A stretch of 64,000 bases of DNA from an uncultured Nitrososphaerota archaeon (GTDB lineage Archaea; Thermoproteota; Nitrososphaeria; Nitrososphaerales; CADDZS01), in assembly GCA_963799845.1 (NCBI GenBank), contig CAWCYI010000006.1, positions 128,001-192,000 of the forward strand. Direction: 5' to 3'. Below the pieces are notes generated by a model. It saw only the letters and a program-made list of their open reading frames with translations. It did not search any database and was not told the DNA's origin. The translations under genes were made by a program, and so were the position numbers. Shown here in pieces: positions 9,822 through 19,905 of this stretch. Position 1 is the stretch's first letter. Each line of letters opens with the position of its first letter.

Positions 9822-10871
9822 ATGCCCGAACTAAGAAAAGACTACTTTACCCGGAAGCTCGTTCTGGTGTCTGCGGAGAGAGGCAAGAGACCGATGGAAT
9901 ACAAGGTTTCGGTGAGCGATCCTCCTGAAAAGAGCTTGTGCCCCTTTTGTCCAGGGAACGAGGATATGACTCCACCTGCAGACCTTGTTTTGGTCTCGAA
10001 TGAAAACACGCTCCTGAAACTTGCAGACTCTGACACAGACAGAGTTCACGAATGGTCGGTGAGATATTTTCCCAACAGCTTTCCAGCGGTATCGCCAGAG
10101 TCCGAGACGACGTTCAGCGACTATCCACTCCAGAGCGAACCAGCTTTAGGTTACCATCACGTAATGGTCGTAACACCGAATCACTCCGCGACGTTCAGCA
10201 CTCTTTCAGTCGATCACTGGACAGAGATACTGACCACATTGCAAGATAGGGTCAGGTGGCTTTACTCGAAGAAAACAGTCGGCTATGTCTCCGTGTTCAT
10301 TAACAACGGTTATGAGGCAGGAGCATCATTTTCGCACCCACACTTACAAACAATAACATTGACAAAACTTCCTCCCACGATCGAGGAGGAAGCAGAGGCC
10401 GTTCACGAATCAATGTCGGAGTTCGGCGTCTGTCCCATGTGCAAGGTCGTAAACCTCGAATCGAACGGCCCGAGGCTAATCCTTTCTACAGATAACTTTG
10501 TTTCATTCGCACCCTGGGCTTCCTCTCATGCCTACGAATTTTGGATCTTTCCAAAGAAACACGAGACATCGTTCCTCAAGGTTTCTCAGAAGGAAATACA
10601 GGATCTTTCGACGATGCTTAAATCAACTCTTGGTGGCCTGGATGCGGTACTAAGCAACCCCTCATACAACATTGTTTTTCACATCTCCTCCGAGAAAAAG
10701 ACTACAAAGCAGATTCACTGGCACATCGAAGTTTATCCGCAGGTGATAAAGTGGGCGGGGTTGGAGCAGGGAAGCGGAGTATACGTGAACCCCGTGCCCC
10801 CGGAGATGGCTGCTCAACAACTGGGCGCGTCGGCGAGAAGACAGATTTCTACGTTGATCGGAATTACCTAA
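9822..10871 (+). CDS. galT: Galactose-1-phosphate uridylyltransferase
   Basis: ELRKD...RGKRP, CPFCPGNE, GASFSHPHLQ catalytic HPH, HWHIE. Confidence 0.9.
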   Translation: MPELRKDYFTRKLVLVSAERGKRPMEYKVSVSDPPEKSLCPFCPGNEDMTPPADLVLVSNENTLLKLADSDTDRVHEWSVRYFPNSFPAVSPESETTFSDYPLQSEPALGYHHVMVVTPNHSATFSTLSVDHWTEILTTLQDRVRWLYSKKTVGYVSVFINNGYEAGASFSHPHLQTITLTKLPPTIEEEAEAVHESMSEFGVCPMCKVVNLESNGPRLILSTDNFVSFAPWASSHAYEFWIFPKKHETSFLKVSQKEIQDLSTMLKSTLGGLDAVLSNPSYNIVFHISSEKKTTKQIHWHIEVYPQVIKWAGLEQGSGVYVNPVPPEMAAQQLGASARRQISTLIGIT

Positions 10872-11163
10872 TCATCGAATATTCGAAATTCATCCAGAGC
10901 AGTTAGGCAGTCACCCAGCTTGTAAAGCAGTTGGTCATCCAACCAACTGGTAGAGTGGTTGGCTTCGACAATAATAGACGAGAGATCATTGAATCTTCGG
11001 CCAAACGCCAATTTGTTCTCCGCAAGAAAGACAAATGAGATATGTGAGTAATCGAGTAAAAATCAGCAACATGCCTTGGGAAACGAAGGAGTGTTTCATA
11101 CAATGCCGGAATCATTTTAGTAATTAATTTGCCTCTGTTGCCACGGGCGGTGATAACAGTTTT

Positions 11164-11832
11164 TTGGATCCCCTCCTAAGGATCAAAACGACCGATAAGC
11201 TCGACGAGAAAATGAAAAAGCGAATTGTCGGAAAGATGAAAAGTCTCAATTCGGTGGTTTCAGACATCGAGAAGCTGTCGGGTTTGAGCTATCCCCAGTT
11301 CTACGTCGAACCAGTGCTGACAGTCACAGTTTCCCAAGACAATTTTGGGGGTATCGGGGTACTCTATGCCAGAACAATACCCGTAGACGCCAGCGGCAGG
11401 ATCGAAATCGTAGTCCAGGTCAGTGCGGCTCTTCTGATCTATTCCACCAAAGCAACTTTGAAGCTCGTGCTCGCACACGAATTCCTCCACTATATCGAGC
11501 TCGTCAAGGATTTCTCGAGCGGCAACATTTCATCCCAATTTACGTCAAGTTCTATATTTGAAGAGCGCTATCTTGATTCCCGTAGGGCTATCGATCCCCT
11601 GAAGCTGTTTCCTAAAAGGAAACTGGCATGGGACCTCGCAAGAGATCTTCACGGAGGTTTCGACGATGAAAAGCTGAATGAAAAGTGCCGTAAACTGTGG
11701 ATTGAGAAGGGCCTCCCGACAGCGAAAATCTCCATGGGAGAAAACCAAGTTAGAATTTCGATGGAATCCGTGGCCAATTCTCAGTTTGACCCGAAAGTCG
11801 TCGAGCTGTTATCCAAAATCGGGTCGAAGTAG
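11164..11832 (+). CDS. Conserved archaeal protein with zincin HExxH motif
   Basis: LAHEFLHY motif, 222 aa. Confidence 0.7.
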   Translation: MDPLLRIKTTDKLDEKMKKRIVGKMKSLNSVVSDIEKLSGLSYPQFYVEPVLTVTVSQDNFGGIGVLYARTIPVDASGRIEIVVQVSAALLIYSTKATLKLVLAHEFLHYIELVKDFSSGNISSQFTSSSIFEERYLDSRRAIDPLKLFPKRKLAWDLARDLHGGFDDEKLNEKCRKLWIEKGLPTAKISMGENQVRISMESVANSQFDPKVVELLSKIGSK

Positions 11833-11863
11833 AAAGCATATTACGACGCGAGGCAACTAACGC

Positions 11864-13525
11864 TTGTCGCTGAGTCGGTTGCGTGAACTTTCTCCGTCGG
11901 AAATTCAGAATGTTTCGAAAACAGTCGATCAGCTGACGAAGAAAAAAGAAGTACTCGCGATGGGAGTCTACGGCTCTCAGGTGGCCGGCTACGCGACAAA
12001 GTCGAGTGATTACGATGTTATTCTAGTATTGAAGCCGTTCAGCCAACGGATCAAGTATTTCTACTTGAAATGGGAAGCAGATTGCTCGGTTCTTGTCGTC
12101 GATCCGAGGGCGATCGAAAATGATTGTAAGAAATCGACCTTCGGTGAATTCGTCGCTGGGAGGCTACTCAATGTCTACTTGCCGGTTGTCGGTGAAGAAT
12201 TTCTTAGGGAAAATGAAGTCGCTTACAAGAAGAGGGTCATCGTCGAGGGTCTGTCGGAAGCTGTCGCCGACCATTCCCAGTTTGCCTTCGAGATCAATTT
12301 TCCGCTGAAGTATTTTCTGTTCGAGAAATTGCGAAAGAGAGCGGCAATCTATCCGCCGGTCGTCTACAGTTACTCGAAGACCTACGGCGACGATCTTCTT
12401 CAGGAAAACCTGGCAGCTTCAATGGTAGGATTCAGAAAAGCTGCCGAAGAGCTCCAGAGCGAGAACGTAATAACGTTTGATCAAGATTCAGATGCGATAA
12501 AAATCGTTCCGAACATTTTTCACGGAGGATTCTCCGCCAGAATCGAAGCGGCAGCTTCGTTTACTTCAAAGTCACTGAAACAGTACGCGATCCATGGGTA
12601 CGCTGGAAGAATAAGTCCCAACGTCGTCGGCAGGGAAGTGATTTCGAAGATCTCGCGATCGAGGAAGACGGGAAAGCTGCCGGAGTGGATACGAAATCCA
12701 AAGAATGAATGGTCGATACCGGACGGAAAACTTTTCGTTTCAAGCAAGGACTGGCTGAAGGACCTTATCGAGTTTCTAGGTCTGGACCCAAAATCCTGCA
12801 AGGTAAAGAAGAGTTCGATGGGCGAGATTTACACAGCGGCCGGATTTTACACACTTGAGGATGGTAATGGTAAGAACTTCTCGATAGCGATAAAGCGGTT
12901 CAAGGACGTCAAGGGAATGAAGTGGGGCGTCCTAAATCTGTGGTCGTTAAAGAACGCTAACTTTACTGTAAATCCCGCTGAACGATTGTACCGTGAGTAC
13001 AGGGCATCCCGCGAGCTCCGCAGGTTCGGGCTGTCGACGCCAGAATTCGTTGCTGTATTCCTTTCCCAGAAGATGAGTGTGAGTAAATTCATACGAGGGC
13101 GAGACCTTTCCAAAATAGAGTCAGCTTACCTCGACGGCACTTCCGAGGAATTGGAGCCTATATTCGCATTCGGTCGGGATCTGGCAATTATGCACAACAA
13201 CGGTTACTGCATGGGGGACACAAAACCGTCAAACTCGATTCACTGCGAAGAAGATGCGAAGATTTACTTTGTGGATCTCGAACAGGCCGTTCCCGACGGC
13301 AACAAGACCTGGGATATTGCGGAATTCATCTACTACTCGGTTCGATTCACGCTCAGAGAGGACCGGGCAAGAAGACTGGTGGCTTCATTCGTTCAGGGAT
13401 ATCAAAGCAGGAGTGAAGACCCGAAGGTTGTGGAAGAAGCGGCCGACTTGAGATACAGGGCGCCCTTCCAGCCGTTTATCGCACCGAACGTTCTGAACGC
13501 TCTGAGAAGTGATCTGAAAAAGTAA
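11864..13525 (+). CDS. Pol-beta-type nucleotidyltransferase fused to a protein-kinase-like (Bud32/Kdo/RIO-type) domain
   Basis: N-terminal YGSQVAG...SDYDV; C-terminal AIKRF, MHNNGYCMGDTKPSN, YFVDLEQ. Confidence 0.8.
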   Translation: MSLSRLRELSPSEIQNVSKTVDQLTKKKEVLAMGVYGSQVAGYATKSSDYDVILVLKPFSQRIKYFYLKWEADCSVLVVDPRAIENDCKKSTFGEFVAGRLLNVYLPVVGEEFLRENEVAYKKRVIVEGLSEAVADHSQFAFEINFPLKYFLFEKLRKRAAIYPPVVYSYSKTYGDDLLQENLAASMVGFRKAAEELQSENVITFDQDSDAIKIVPNIFHGGFSARIEAAASFTSKSLKQYAIHGYAGRISPNVVGREVISKISRSRKTGKLPEWIRNPKNEWSIPDGKLFVSSKDWLKDLIEFLGLDPKSCKVKKSSMGEIYTAAGFYTLEDGNGKNFSIAIKRFKDVKGMKWGVLNLWSLKNANFTVNPAERLYREYRASRELRRFGLSTPEFVAVFLSQKMSVSKFIRGRDLSKIESAYLDGTSEELEPIFAFGRDLAIMHNNGYCMGDTKPSNSIHCEEDAKIYFVDLEQAVPDGNKTWDIAEFIYYSVRFTLREDRARRLVASFVQGYQSRSEDPKVVEEAADLRYRAPFQPFIAPNVLNALRSDLKK

Positions 13526-13531
13526 GTTAAG

Positions 13532-13819
13532 CTACTTTTTCTTGAAGCTCGTATACCCGCATTTCCCGCAGGTCATCCGGTCTTTGTGCTCCGCAAGGAA
13601 CACCCCACGACCGCAACGCGGGCATTCTTTCCTCAATCTTTCGACTTTTCCGCCCTTTACCTGGTAAAACTTGTAAACGGGACTTTCATTTCGTTTCTTC
13701 TTCACCGGTGCTGGAGTTTTCGCAGCCGGTGCTGGAGCTGCTGGTGCTGGAGATTTAGCTGCCGGTGCTAGAGCTGCTTCGGGTTTTGGAGTCTGTTTTT
13801 GTTCTGACATTATTTCCAT
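13532..13819 (-). CDS. rps27ae: 30S ribosomal protein S27ae (eS31)
   Basis: [25 protein letters not shown]. Confidence 0.95.
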   Translation of the reverse strand: MEIMSEQKQTPKPEAALAPAAKSPAPAAPAPAAKTPAPVKKKRNESPVYKFYQVKGGKVERLRKECPRCGRGVFLAEHKDRMTCGKCGYTSFKKK

Positions 13820-13825
13820 TCCTTC

Positions 13826-14179
13826 TTAGGATTTCTTGGCCGCTTCAGCGGGCGCGGTAGGCTTCGGTTTCAAGGCTTCACGCGCTTTCTTTCTTTCTTC
13901 CTTGGGCAATCCCCTGATCGCCAGATAAGCAGGCAGCTGTTTCTTAATCTGGCTTGAGTCCGTGTAAATATAGGCAACCGCGACCAAATCGCGGAGGCCG
14001 AATTTTCCTTCAAGCGAAATGATCCTGATCTTATCCTTCGGAATGCCTAATTTAGTAGAAATCGCCTCTGCGGCCGAGGATCTCGTAATAAAACCACTAC
14101 CGCCTTTGAAATTAAGGACGACTTCCCTTCTTGAGAGAAGCTTGTTTTCTAAATCTTTTGTTATTTCTATCGTCGACAA
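13826..14179 (-). CDS. rps24e: 30S ribosomal protein S24e
   Basis: ENKLLSRREV motif; conserved synteny. Confidence 0.92.
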   Translation of the reverse strand: MSTIEITKDLENKLLSRREVVLNFKGGSGFITRSSAAEAISTKLGIPKDKIRIISLEGKFGLRDLVAVAYIYTDSSQIKKQLPAYLAIRGLPKEERKKAREALKPKPTAPAEAAKKS

Positions 14180-14244
14180 ATGTGCACTAACTCGGTTTGG
14201 GAAAGATCAATCATTCCATCATAATATTTAATCGTTTAGTGTGC

Positions 14245-14817
14245 CTACTCATCTGTCGAGCTCGTCATTTTTGTTTTCGATCTCGTGAGAGAACTTATTC
14301 CCATCTCGCGCAAGATTTCTCGAGCCTTTTCCCCAGCTTTTGTAGATGACGCGACAACCAGACCTTCGTTGGGTTGCCCGTAAAACAAGACGGTATCTAC
14401 GGGGAAAAAAGCCAGTATCGGCAGTGCCAAGAGGTCTTCCTCCCCCTGGACTTCAAGTCTGATCTGCTTTCGAGAGTTAAGGATCGTTTGCAGACATTCT
14501 GCAAGTTTCTTCAAAGCATCGTCGCCAATAGAACCGCGGGGGTTTGACGTCTTGAGAATAAGGCGGTCTTTTTCAAAGATCTCTGGTAAATTTCTGCCGA
14601 TTCTCTTTTCTAAAGAATCAACAATTTCGAGGGTTGGCGAAAATCCAAACCCGTGCACCCGTTCAGTGGTGCGATCCCCGACGCAGACTGTGATTCTTTG
14701 ATCGGCAAAATAGTCAGCGAGTAAACCGTTCGTTAGCTTTGAGTCCTTGATTAAACGCCCTAAAGGAACTTTGAGCTCTTTTCGAACCTTATCGCTGATT
14801 AGGATTTCAGAGGGCAA
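14245..14817 (-). CDS. GTP-dependent dephospho-CoA kinase (DUF359)
   Basis: CVGDRTT, GEEDLLALP, YGQPNEG motifs; conserved synteny. Confidence 0.9.
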   Translation of the reverse strand: MPSEILISDKVRKELKVPLGRLIKDSKLTNGLLADYFADQRITVCVGDRTTERVHGFGFSPTLEIVDSLEKRIGRNLPEIFEKDRLILKTSNPRGSIGDDALKKLAECLQTILNSRKQIRLEVQGEEDLLALPILAFFPVDTVLFYGQPNEGLVVASSTKAGEKAREILREMGISSLTRSKTKMTSSTDE

Positions 14818-14838
14818 CTGAATTTACAGGAATGCTGA

Positions 14839-15027
14839 TCAGCTTACTTTTAGAGCATACCGGCCGGGTTTCGTAATGTTAAGTGTCTTTGAAACAGTTG
14901 ACTTGCTTGGCTCCACGACTACGATCAAACCTGACCAATCAGGAGTCAGCTCCGTGCTGTGGCAGTTTTGACAGATCTTTCCCGTGGTAAGCGTCCTACA
15001 CTTTCGGCAAGCAAATTCTCTTGGCAA
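14839..15027 (-). CDS. spt4: Transcription elongation factor Spt4 (RpoE2)
   Basis: ACRKC...CQNC, WSGLIVV, PGRYALKV. Confidence 0.95.
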   Translation of the reverse strand: MPREFACRKCRTLTTGKICQNCHSTELTPDWSGLIVVVEPSKSTVSKTLNITKPGRYALKVS

Positions 15028-15033
15028 TCAATA

Positions 15034-15659
15034 TCACTTTTTGCTAGTTTTCTTCTCAGGCTTCTCGGCTTTCTCCTCTTTGGCCTCTGCCTTCTTTCCC
15101 GCTGCGCCCTTTTGCGCTTTCGCTACGTCCTCTTCGATCCACTCCCAGGCTCCCAGGAACGGTTGCCGGCAAGTTACTCCGATCTTACCCAGTGCAGCTC
15201 CTCGCGGAAGACTGACAGCAGTAATCCTGACCCTCACTTTGCTCCCGACTTTGAGAATTCGTTTGGACTGGCTCGCGAGAATCATCCCCTGTTTTACGTC
15301 GCTTGTGAGATAATCATCAGTAATCTGGGAAAGATGTAGAAGAGCGTCGGTCGGTCCGATGCGAACGAATGCTCCAAAGTCCGTGATTTCCACCACTTCT
15401 CCCTCGACTATCTCCTGTACCTTGGGGAAGAAGGTCATGACATCGAAGTTCACCTTATGGAAAGTTGCTCCGTCGCCTGGTATGATCTTGCCGGTAGGAT
15501 CTACCGCTATATTGGTAATCAAAATGATGTAACCGAGATCCGGGTTTATCGTACTCTCGTACTTGCCTTTGAGAATCTCCCTGGCCACCTCGTCCAACTT
15601 GGCCCCGAACTTGGCCGGAGTACCCGGATAACATCTTCTAGCTCGGAAATTTGAAACAT
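15034..15659 (-). CDS. rpoE1: RNA polymerase subunit Rpo7 (RpoE1); 1-nt deletion near 15620
   Basis: ATG at 15659 reads MFQISELEDVIRV, then a frame change gives PAKFGAKLDEVARE; S1 domain FGAFVRIGPTDALLHLSQ. Confidence 0.92.
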
Positions 15660-15682
15660 GAGTGAAAAAATCCTTATTGTAA

Positions 15683-16111
15683 CTATTGCATTTTATCCAA
15701 TAAATAGGTTGCTGAGGTAAATGTACGGTAAAATGGCCGATTATTTCTCAATGTCAGATAGGGCAGTTTTTTTCTTTCAAGGATAGACAAAAGATTGCCG
15801 TCAAGGGTTGCAACAACTGCCTTCCCTTTCGATCTTTCGGCAAAATCGATCAACAAACGGTCCGCGTCAGCTTTCTCAGACGACGGTGCCTGGTTAACTA
15901 GCTTCACGGATTGATGCAGGACTCTCATTGCCGTTCTCGCGTTTCTCGCCGTTGACGGAATTCGGCTGAGCGACAATCCCTTTAATTCATTTTCGATTCT
16001 CGGAATCGTTGCAATTTCAAAATCAGGGTCGGCCAAAAAAGCCGCTAGCTCTGGCATCGGTTTGACTGTAACCTTCATCAAAAAATCAGTATCACACACG
16101 ATTAGGACCAT
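15683..16111 (-). CDS. PIN-domain protein (Fcf1/Utp24-like)
   Basis: CDTDFLM...ENEL...ADADR...VATLD; conserved position after eif2g. Confidence 0.85.
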   Translation of the reverse strand: MVLIVCDTDFLMKVTVKPMPELAAFLADPDFEIATIPRIENELKGLSLSRIPSTARNARTAMRVLHQSVKLVNQAPSSEKADADRLLIDFAERSKGKAVVATLDGNLLSILERKKLPYLTLRNNRPFYRTFTSATYLLDKMQ

Positions 16112-16129
16112 ATGATTTTCCCGTTTCGG

Positions 16130-17410
16130 CTACCGAACCTGACCGGCACCAATCAATCTCCACCGATCTCCGATCCTCCGGCTTATCGCCACTCTGCTAC
16201 CTTTTGATGCGCAGATCGGTTTTTTCAATTTGCAATCGACGATCGATTCTCTTGAGGAGCTGACTATCCCGACTGTGACCCCGGTTCCAACGTTAAGCCT
16301 TAGGACCTCGCTCATCCTGATCTTATCGACCTTCACAAGTTCCTGAGTTCCCACCGCAGTGTCGAAAAGTTTGACATCCAAAGATAGAGACTCGAAAACA
16401 GGCGGAAGATTGTTCGGCTTGCCAAGCACTGAACCAACCAAAAGATCGCTCCTGGTGTAAAACGGATCCAGTTCAGTTCCAACCGCGACTAGGCCTCCCG
16501 AATGGACCTTGTCCTGATGGCCAGCCGAAGACATCAGTGAGGTTATTCGAGTAACGATTGGTTCTCCCTCAGTTTTCCCTTCTTCTATTATTCCTGGCTT
16601 GAGCTCGACTTCGTCGTCTTCGGAAAGAACTCCCTGCAGCAAAGTGCCGCCCAGAACTCCACCGACGAGTTTAGACTCATCAAGGCCGGGATGGTTCACA
16701 TCGAAAGATCTAAGAACCTGCATGAGAGGTGGCGCACTTTCGTTTCGCGCAGGTGTCGGTATAGTATTTTCAACCGCCTCGATAAGTGCATCAATATTCA
16801 GACGATGCTGCGCAGAAATCGGAATTATTGGAGCGTCGGCAGCAACGCTTCCCGACACGAAATTTCGGATGGCCTTGTAGTTTTCAGCAGCTTCAACATT
16901 AGAAATCAAGTCCACTTTATTTTGCACTATGACAATATTTTTCATCCCCATCATTTGCAACGCCAGCAGATGCTCGCGCGTCTGCGGTTGCGGGACCTTT
17001 TCATTTGAAGCAATTACCAGTATCGATCCATCCATGACCGCCGCGCCAGAAAGCATGTTAGCCATAAGGCTCTCGTGGCCAGGGCAATCCACGAAACTAA
17101 CGACTCGGAGGAGATTCGGCTCGCCACCACAGCCTTCGCAGCTGGGCTCGGTTCGATAACATTCGGGAGCACCGCATCCGCTGCATCTGTAAAACGCGGC
17201 ATCAGCATAGCCGACTTTTATCGTGATACCTCTTCGCAATTCCTCGCTATGTGCACTAGTCCAAACTCCAGTAATGGCTTGGACAAGAGTCGTCTTGCCG
17301 TGATCAACATGTCCAGAGGTTCCAATGTTCACCTCGGGTTGCTTTGGAATCTTTCGAGTTTTGACCTCAGTTTGAATTACAGTCGTCATAAGGAGACTAG
17401 ACATAATCAC
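16130..17410 (-). CDS. eif2g: Translation initiation factor 2 gamma subunit
   Basis: QPEVNIGTSGHVDHGKTT, RGITIKVGYA, DCPGHE, WRLIGAG. Confidence 0.97.
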   Translation of the reverse strand: MIMSSLLMTTVIQTEVKTRKIPKQPEVNIGTSGHVDHGKTTLVQAITGVWTSAHSEELRRGITIKVGYADAAFYRCSGCGAPECYRTEPSCEGCGGEPNLLRVVSFVDCPGHESLMANMLSGAAVMDGSILVIASNEKVPQPQTREHLLALQMMGMKNIVIVQNKVDLISNVEAAENYKAIRNFVSGSVAADAPIIPISAQHRLNIDALIEAVENTIPTPARNESAPPLMQVLRSFDVNHPGLDESKLVGGVLGGTLLQGVLSEDDEVELKPGIIEEGKTEGEPIVTRITSLMSSAGHQDKVHSGGLVAVGTELDPFYTRSDLLVGSVLGKPNNLPPVFESLSLDVKLFDTAVGTQELVKVDKIRMSEVLRLNVGTGVTVGIVSSSRESIVDCKLKKPICASKGSRVAISRRIGDRWRLIGAGQVR

Positions 17411-17492
17411 TAGTAAGGATATAAGCGCTTTCAGACGGAGAGTGTACTAATCGAGGAAGAATTTCTAAATAGAAAGGAATGCGAGGATTAGG

Positions 17493-17838
17493 TCATTGGA
17501 CTAGAAGCGCGTTAACTTGGTAGATCTCATCGGTTATCGTGTTCCCTCGAACCAGCTTCCTCTTCTTCAGACCCTCGCCAGCACCTTTGCGAAACCCGAT
17601 ACCCTTAGTCATCAAGACATATTTTTTGACTCCGCCCATTACGTCGCTACGCATCGGGAATCCAGCTGTGTCGCTTCCGCCGGTAATTTTTACTTTACCA
17701 CTCAGGCCCATAAGGGAGCCGTCTAGTTCGTCTCCAATCTTCAGTCCTAAGAGGGGCTGAGCCTCCTGATCCTTTCAGCTCAACCGATTGGGACTTTCCC
17801 GTCTTGGGATCGGCTACAACAATTTTGAACGTTGCCAT
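17493..17838 (-). CDS. rps6e: 30S ribosomal protein S6e; 1-nt insertion near 17774
   Basis: MATFKIVVADPKTGKS in one frame joins LGLKIGDE...KITGGSDTAGFPMR...VRGNTI in the next. Confidence 0.93.
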
Positions 17839-17882
17839 GAATGGTCACGCGAGAGTAAAAATTACCAATCCAAATCATCGCT

Positions 17883-17892
17883 AATAAGTATT
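17883..17892. repeat. Putative attL core AATAAGTATT, overlapping the rps6e TATA box
   Basis: Identical to 33049-33058; lies between the rps6e start and the integrase start. Confidence 0.65.
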
Positions 17893-17969
17893 CTTGGGTG
17901 AATAATCCATCGAATAATTGAAGCGAACTAACCATGTAAAATACAAGAAAAGAGAAAAGTGAGAATTGG

Positions 17970-19151
17970 ATGTCAACAGAAACAGTACAAATCCCTGATA
18001 AGAGCGTCGTGGATTCTTTCCTAAAGTCTCTGCGTACTGAGAAAACAAGGATGACTTACGCGCTGGCATTCCGCATAATGCTTGAGGGTCATCCCGAGAC
18101 ATTCCTCAATATGGCAGCCACTGACAGAAGGAAAGCGGAGCAGATGATCCTTGACTGGATTTATGAAAATCAGGAAAAGCTTAGTGGGTCAACTATACGA
18201 ACATATTTGGCCGCGACTCGCTCTTTGCTAGAGTTTGCTGAGATTCAAAATTTCAACTGGAGAAAAATAATCAAAGCATCCCCAAGAATGAGCAAGTCAG
18301 AGGACAGACCGCCAAACCTTCAAGAATTGAGATCCATCTTTATTCCCGGCGATGTAAGGTTCAAGTTTCTTGTTTCTGCCATGGCATCCGGCGGTTTCCG
18401 TGTAGGTGCCTGGGATTACTTCAGATTCAAAGACCTGAAAATAATTCAAGTCGAGGATCAATCTTTGAAACTAAATCCGAAGAAAATCGAGATTGGCCTT
18501 CTCAAAGTCTATTTTGGCGAACCGGAAAGCTACGAATGCTTTGTTAGCTCTGAATGCGTACAACTATTCCGGGAATACGTCAAGGAGCGAATCCGTACTG
18601 GGGAAAAAGCTCGAATCGTCGATGGAGAAACGACTCTTTTGCCTGATGCTCCCTTGCTTGCCCATCTAGTTTCATTCGAAAGCAAGAATCCAAAAAGAGA
18701 ATTGACTTGTTCCGATTCTGTAAGGAGCCAAATGACCTATTCTTGGAAAAAAGCTGGATTCTGGGAAGACAAGGAGTTCAAAGGCTGCCATGGTACCCGA
18801 AAATTCTTCAAAACTCAACTTGAGCAATTCGGGCTAAAGTCGATTGTCGTCGAAAGGCTTCTCGGGCATTCGCAAGGACTCGATTCAAACTACTACAGAC
18901 CGACAAATGATCAGCTGGCATAGGAGTACGTCAAATTTCAAAATTGTCTGTTTCTGGATCCTAGTCTGACTTTGAAATCTGAGAATGAATCTTTAGCGGC
19001 AGAAGCAAGGTCAGAGATCGCAGGGCAAGCCAGTGAGATCCAGCTGCTGAAATCGAAAGTTTCAGCATTGACGGATGCGTTGAGTAGTGTGACTGAAATC
19101 TTGAAGAAAATCGAGCAAGAGAGGAAAAAAGAAAATCCTACAATCAGCTGA
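17970..19151 (+). CDS. Tyrosine recombinase/integrase; in-frame TAG at 18921-18923 removes the C-terminal coiled coil
   Basis: SGGFRVG (R), HGTRKFF (HxxR), LLGH, DSNYY (Y); frame stays open after the TAG until TGA at 19151. Confidence 0.9.
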
Positions 19152-19337
19152 GTTAAAACTGAGCTTTACAGATTTTTTTGAGCTGACAACGGAAGCTCCA
19201 ACCCGAAGTCATTTTCTCCGATTTATGACATTACGGGAGAGGTTACCATACTTGCTTAGAGGGGTATCCAATAGTTACTATAGCCCTCCATCTTCCGCCA
19301 AACAGTGTTTATTTCTTCTTGGCGGCCCGCGCTTTTC

Positions 19338-19457
19338 TCATAGGGAACCAACGTGGTTATCTTCCATCTTCCTCGCAGCTTCGAGAGCTGATTCGCTTGA
19401 GGGACTAGTTACAAGTTCTCTAAATCTAAAATCCTTCAGAGTTAGGAATTGTGCAAT
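19338..19457 (-). pseudogene. CBS-domain gene fragment
   Basis: Translates to ...ELVTSPSSESALEAARKMEDNHVGSL*, resembling the first half of a CBS repeat. Confidence 0.55.
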
Positions 19458-19533
19458 TTAACGACTAGAACTTGAGTTTCTTGTGCAAGGTGATCGGCTG
19501 ATTCACCGAGAACAGACTTTTCTGAAGGCTGTT

Positions 19534-19896
19534 CTATTGTTTTACGACAGTCTTACTCATTCCCTTAGGATTCCACGCATCGTATTGAGACTTGCAGCCA
19601 TAAGCGAACGTGAGGCCTCCAATTGCTTGGAATGCTGCGCCGGAGTATCCCAAAATCTCAGGTAGAAGTCCACTTGGTAGGTATGTAGAAACGCTAAGGT
19701 CTAGTGCGATAATTCCATAGATGAAGAAAAATGCAGCGAATGAAATGTACTTCCACCCTTTTGCGAGAATACCATTCTTGAAGCCCTTCAGTAATCTGAC
19801 TGCATTCACTCCCATTCCCAAAATTCCTAATATTGTCGTGACGCCGAGGATTGCGACAATCAAACTTGTTATGTCATACATTTTGTTTCTTCTCAA
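19534..19896 (-). CDS. Small membrane protein (3-4 TM helices)
   Basis: Hydrophobic segments; 9-nt gap to the upstream gene. Confidence 0.75.
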   Translation of the reverse strand: MRRNKMYDITSLIVAILGVTTILGILGMGVNAVRLLKGFKNGILAKGWKYISFAAFFFIYGIIALDLSVSTYLPSGLLPEILGYSGAAFQAIGGLTFAYGCKSQYDAWNPKGMSKTVVKQ

Positions 19897-19905
19897 CTCT
19901 TATTG

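Noticed and set aside
10903-11115. Short ORF ending LPVGWMTNCFTSWVTA as a RiPP precursor
   Set aside because: No modification or export genes nearby; coding status unsupported
18921-18923. Pyrrolysine or stop-codon recoding at the integrase TAG
   Set aside because: No pyl genes in the window and TAG ends many normal genes here; a nonsense mutation is simpler
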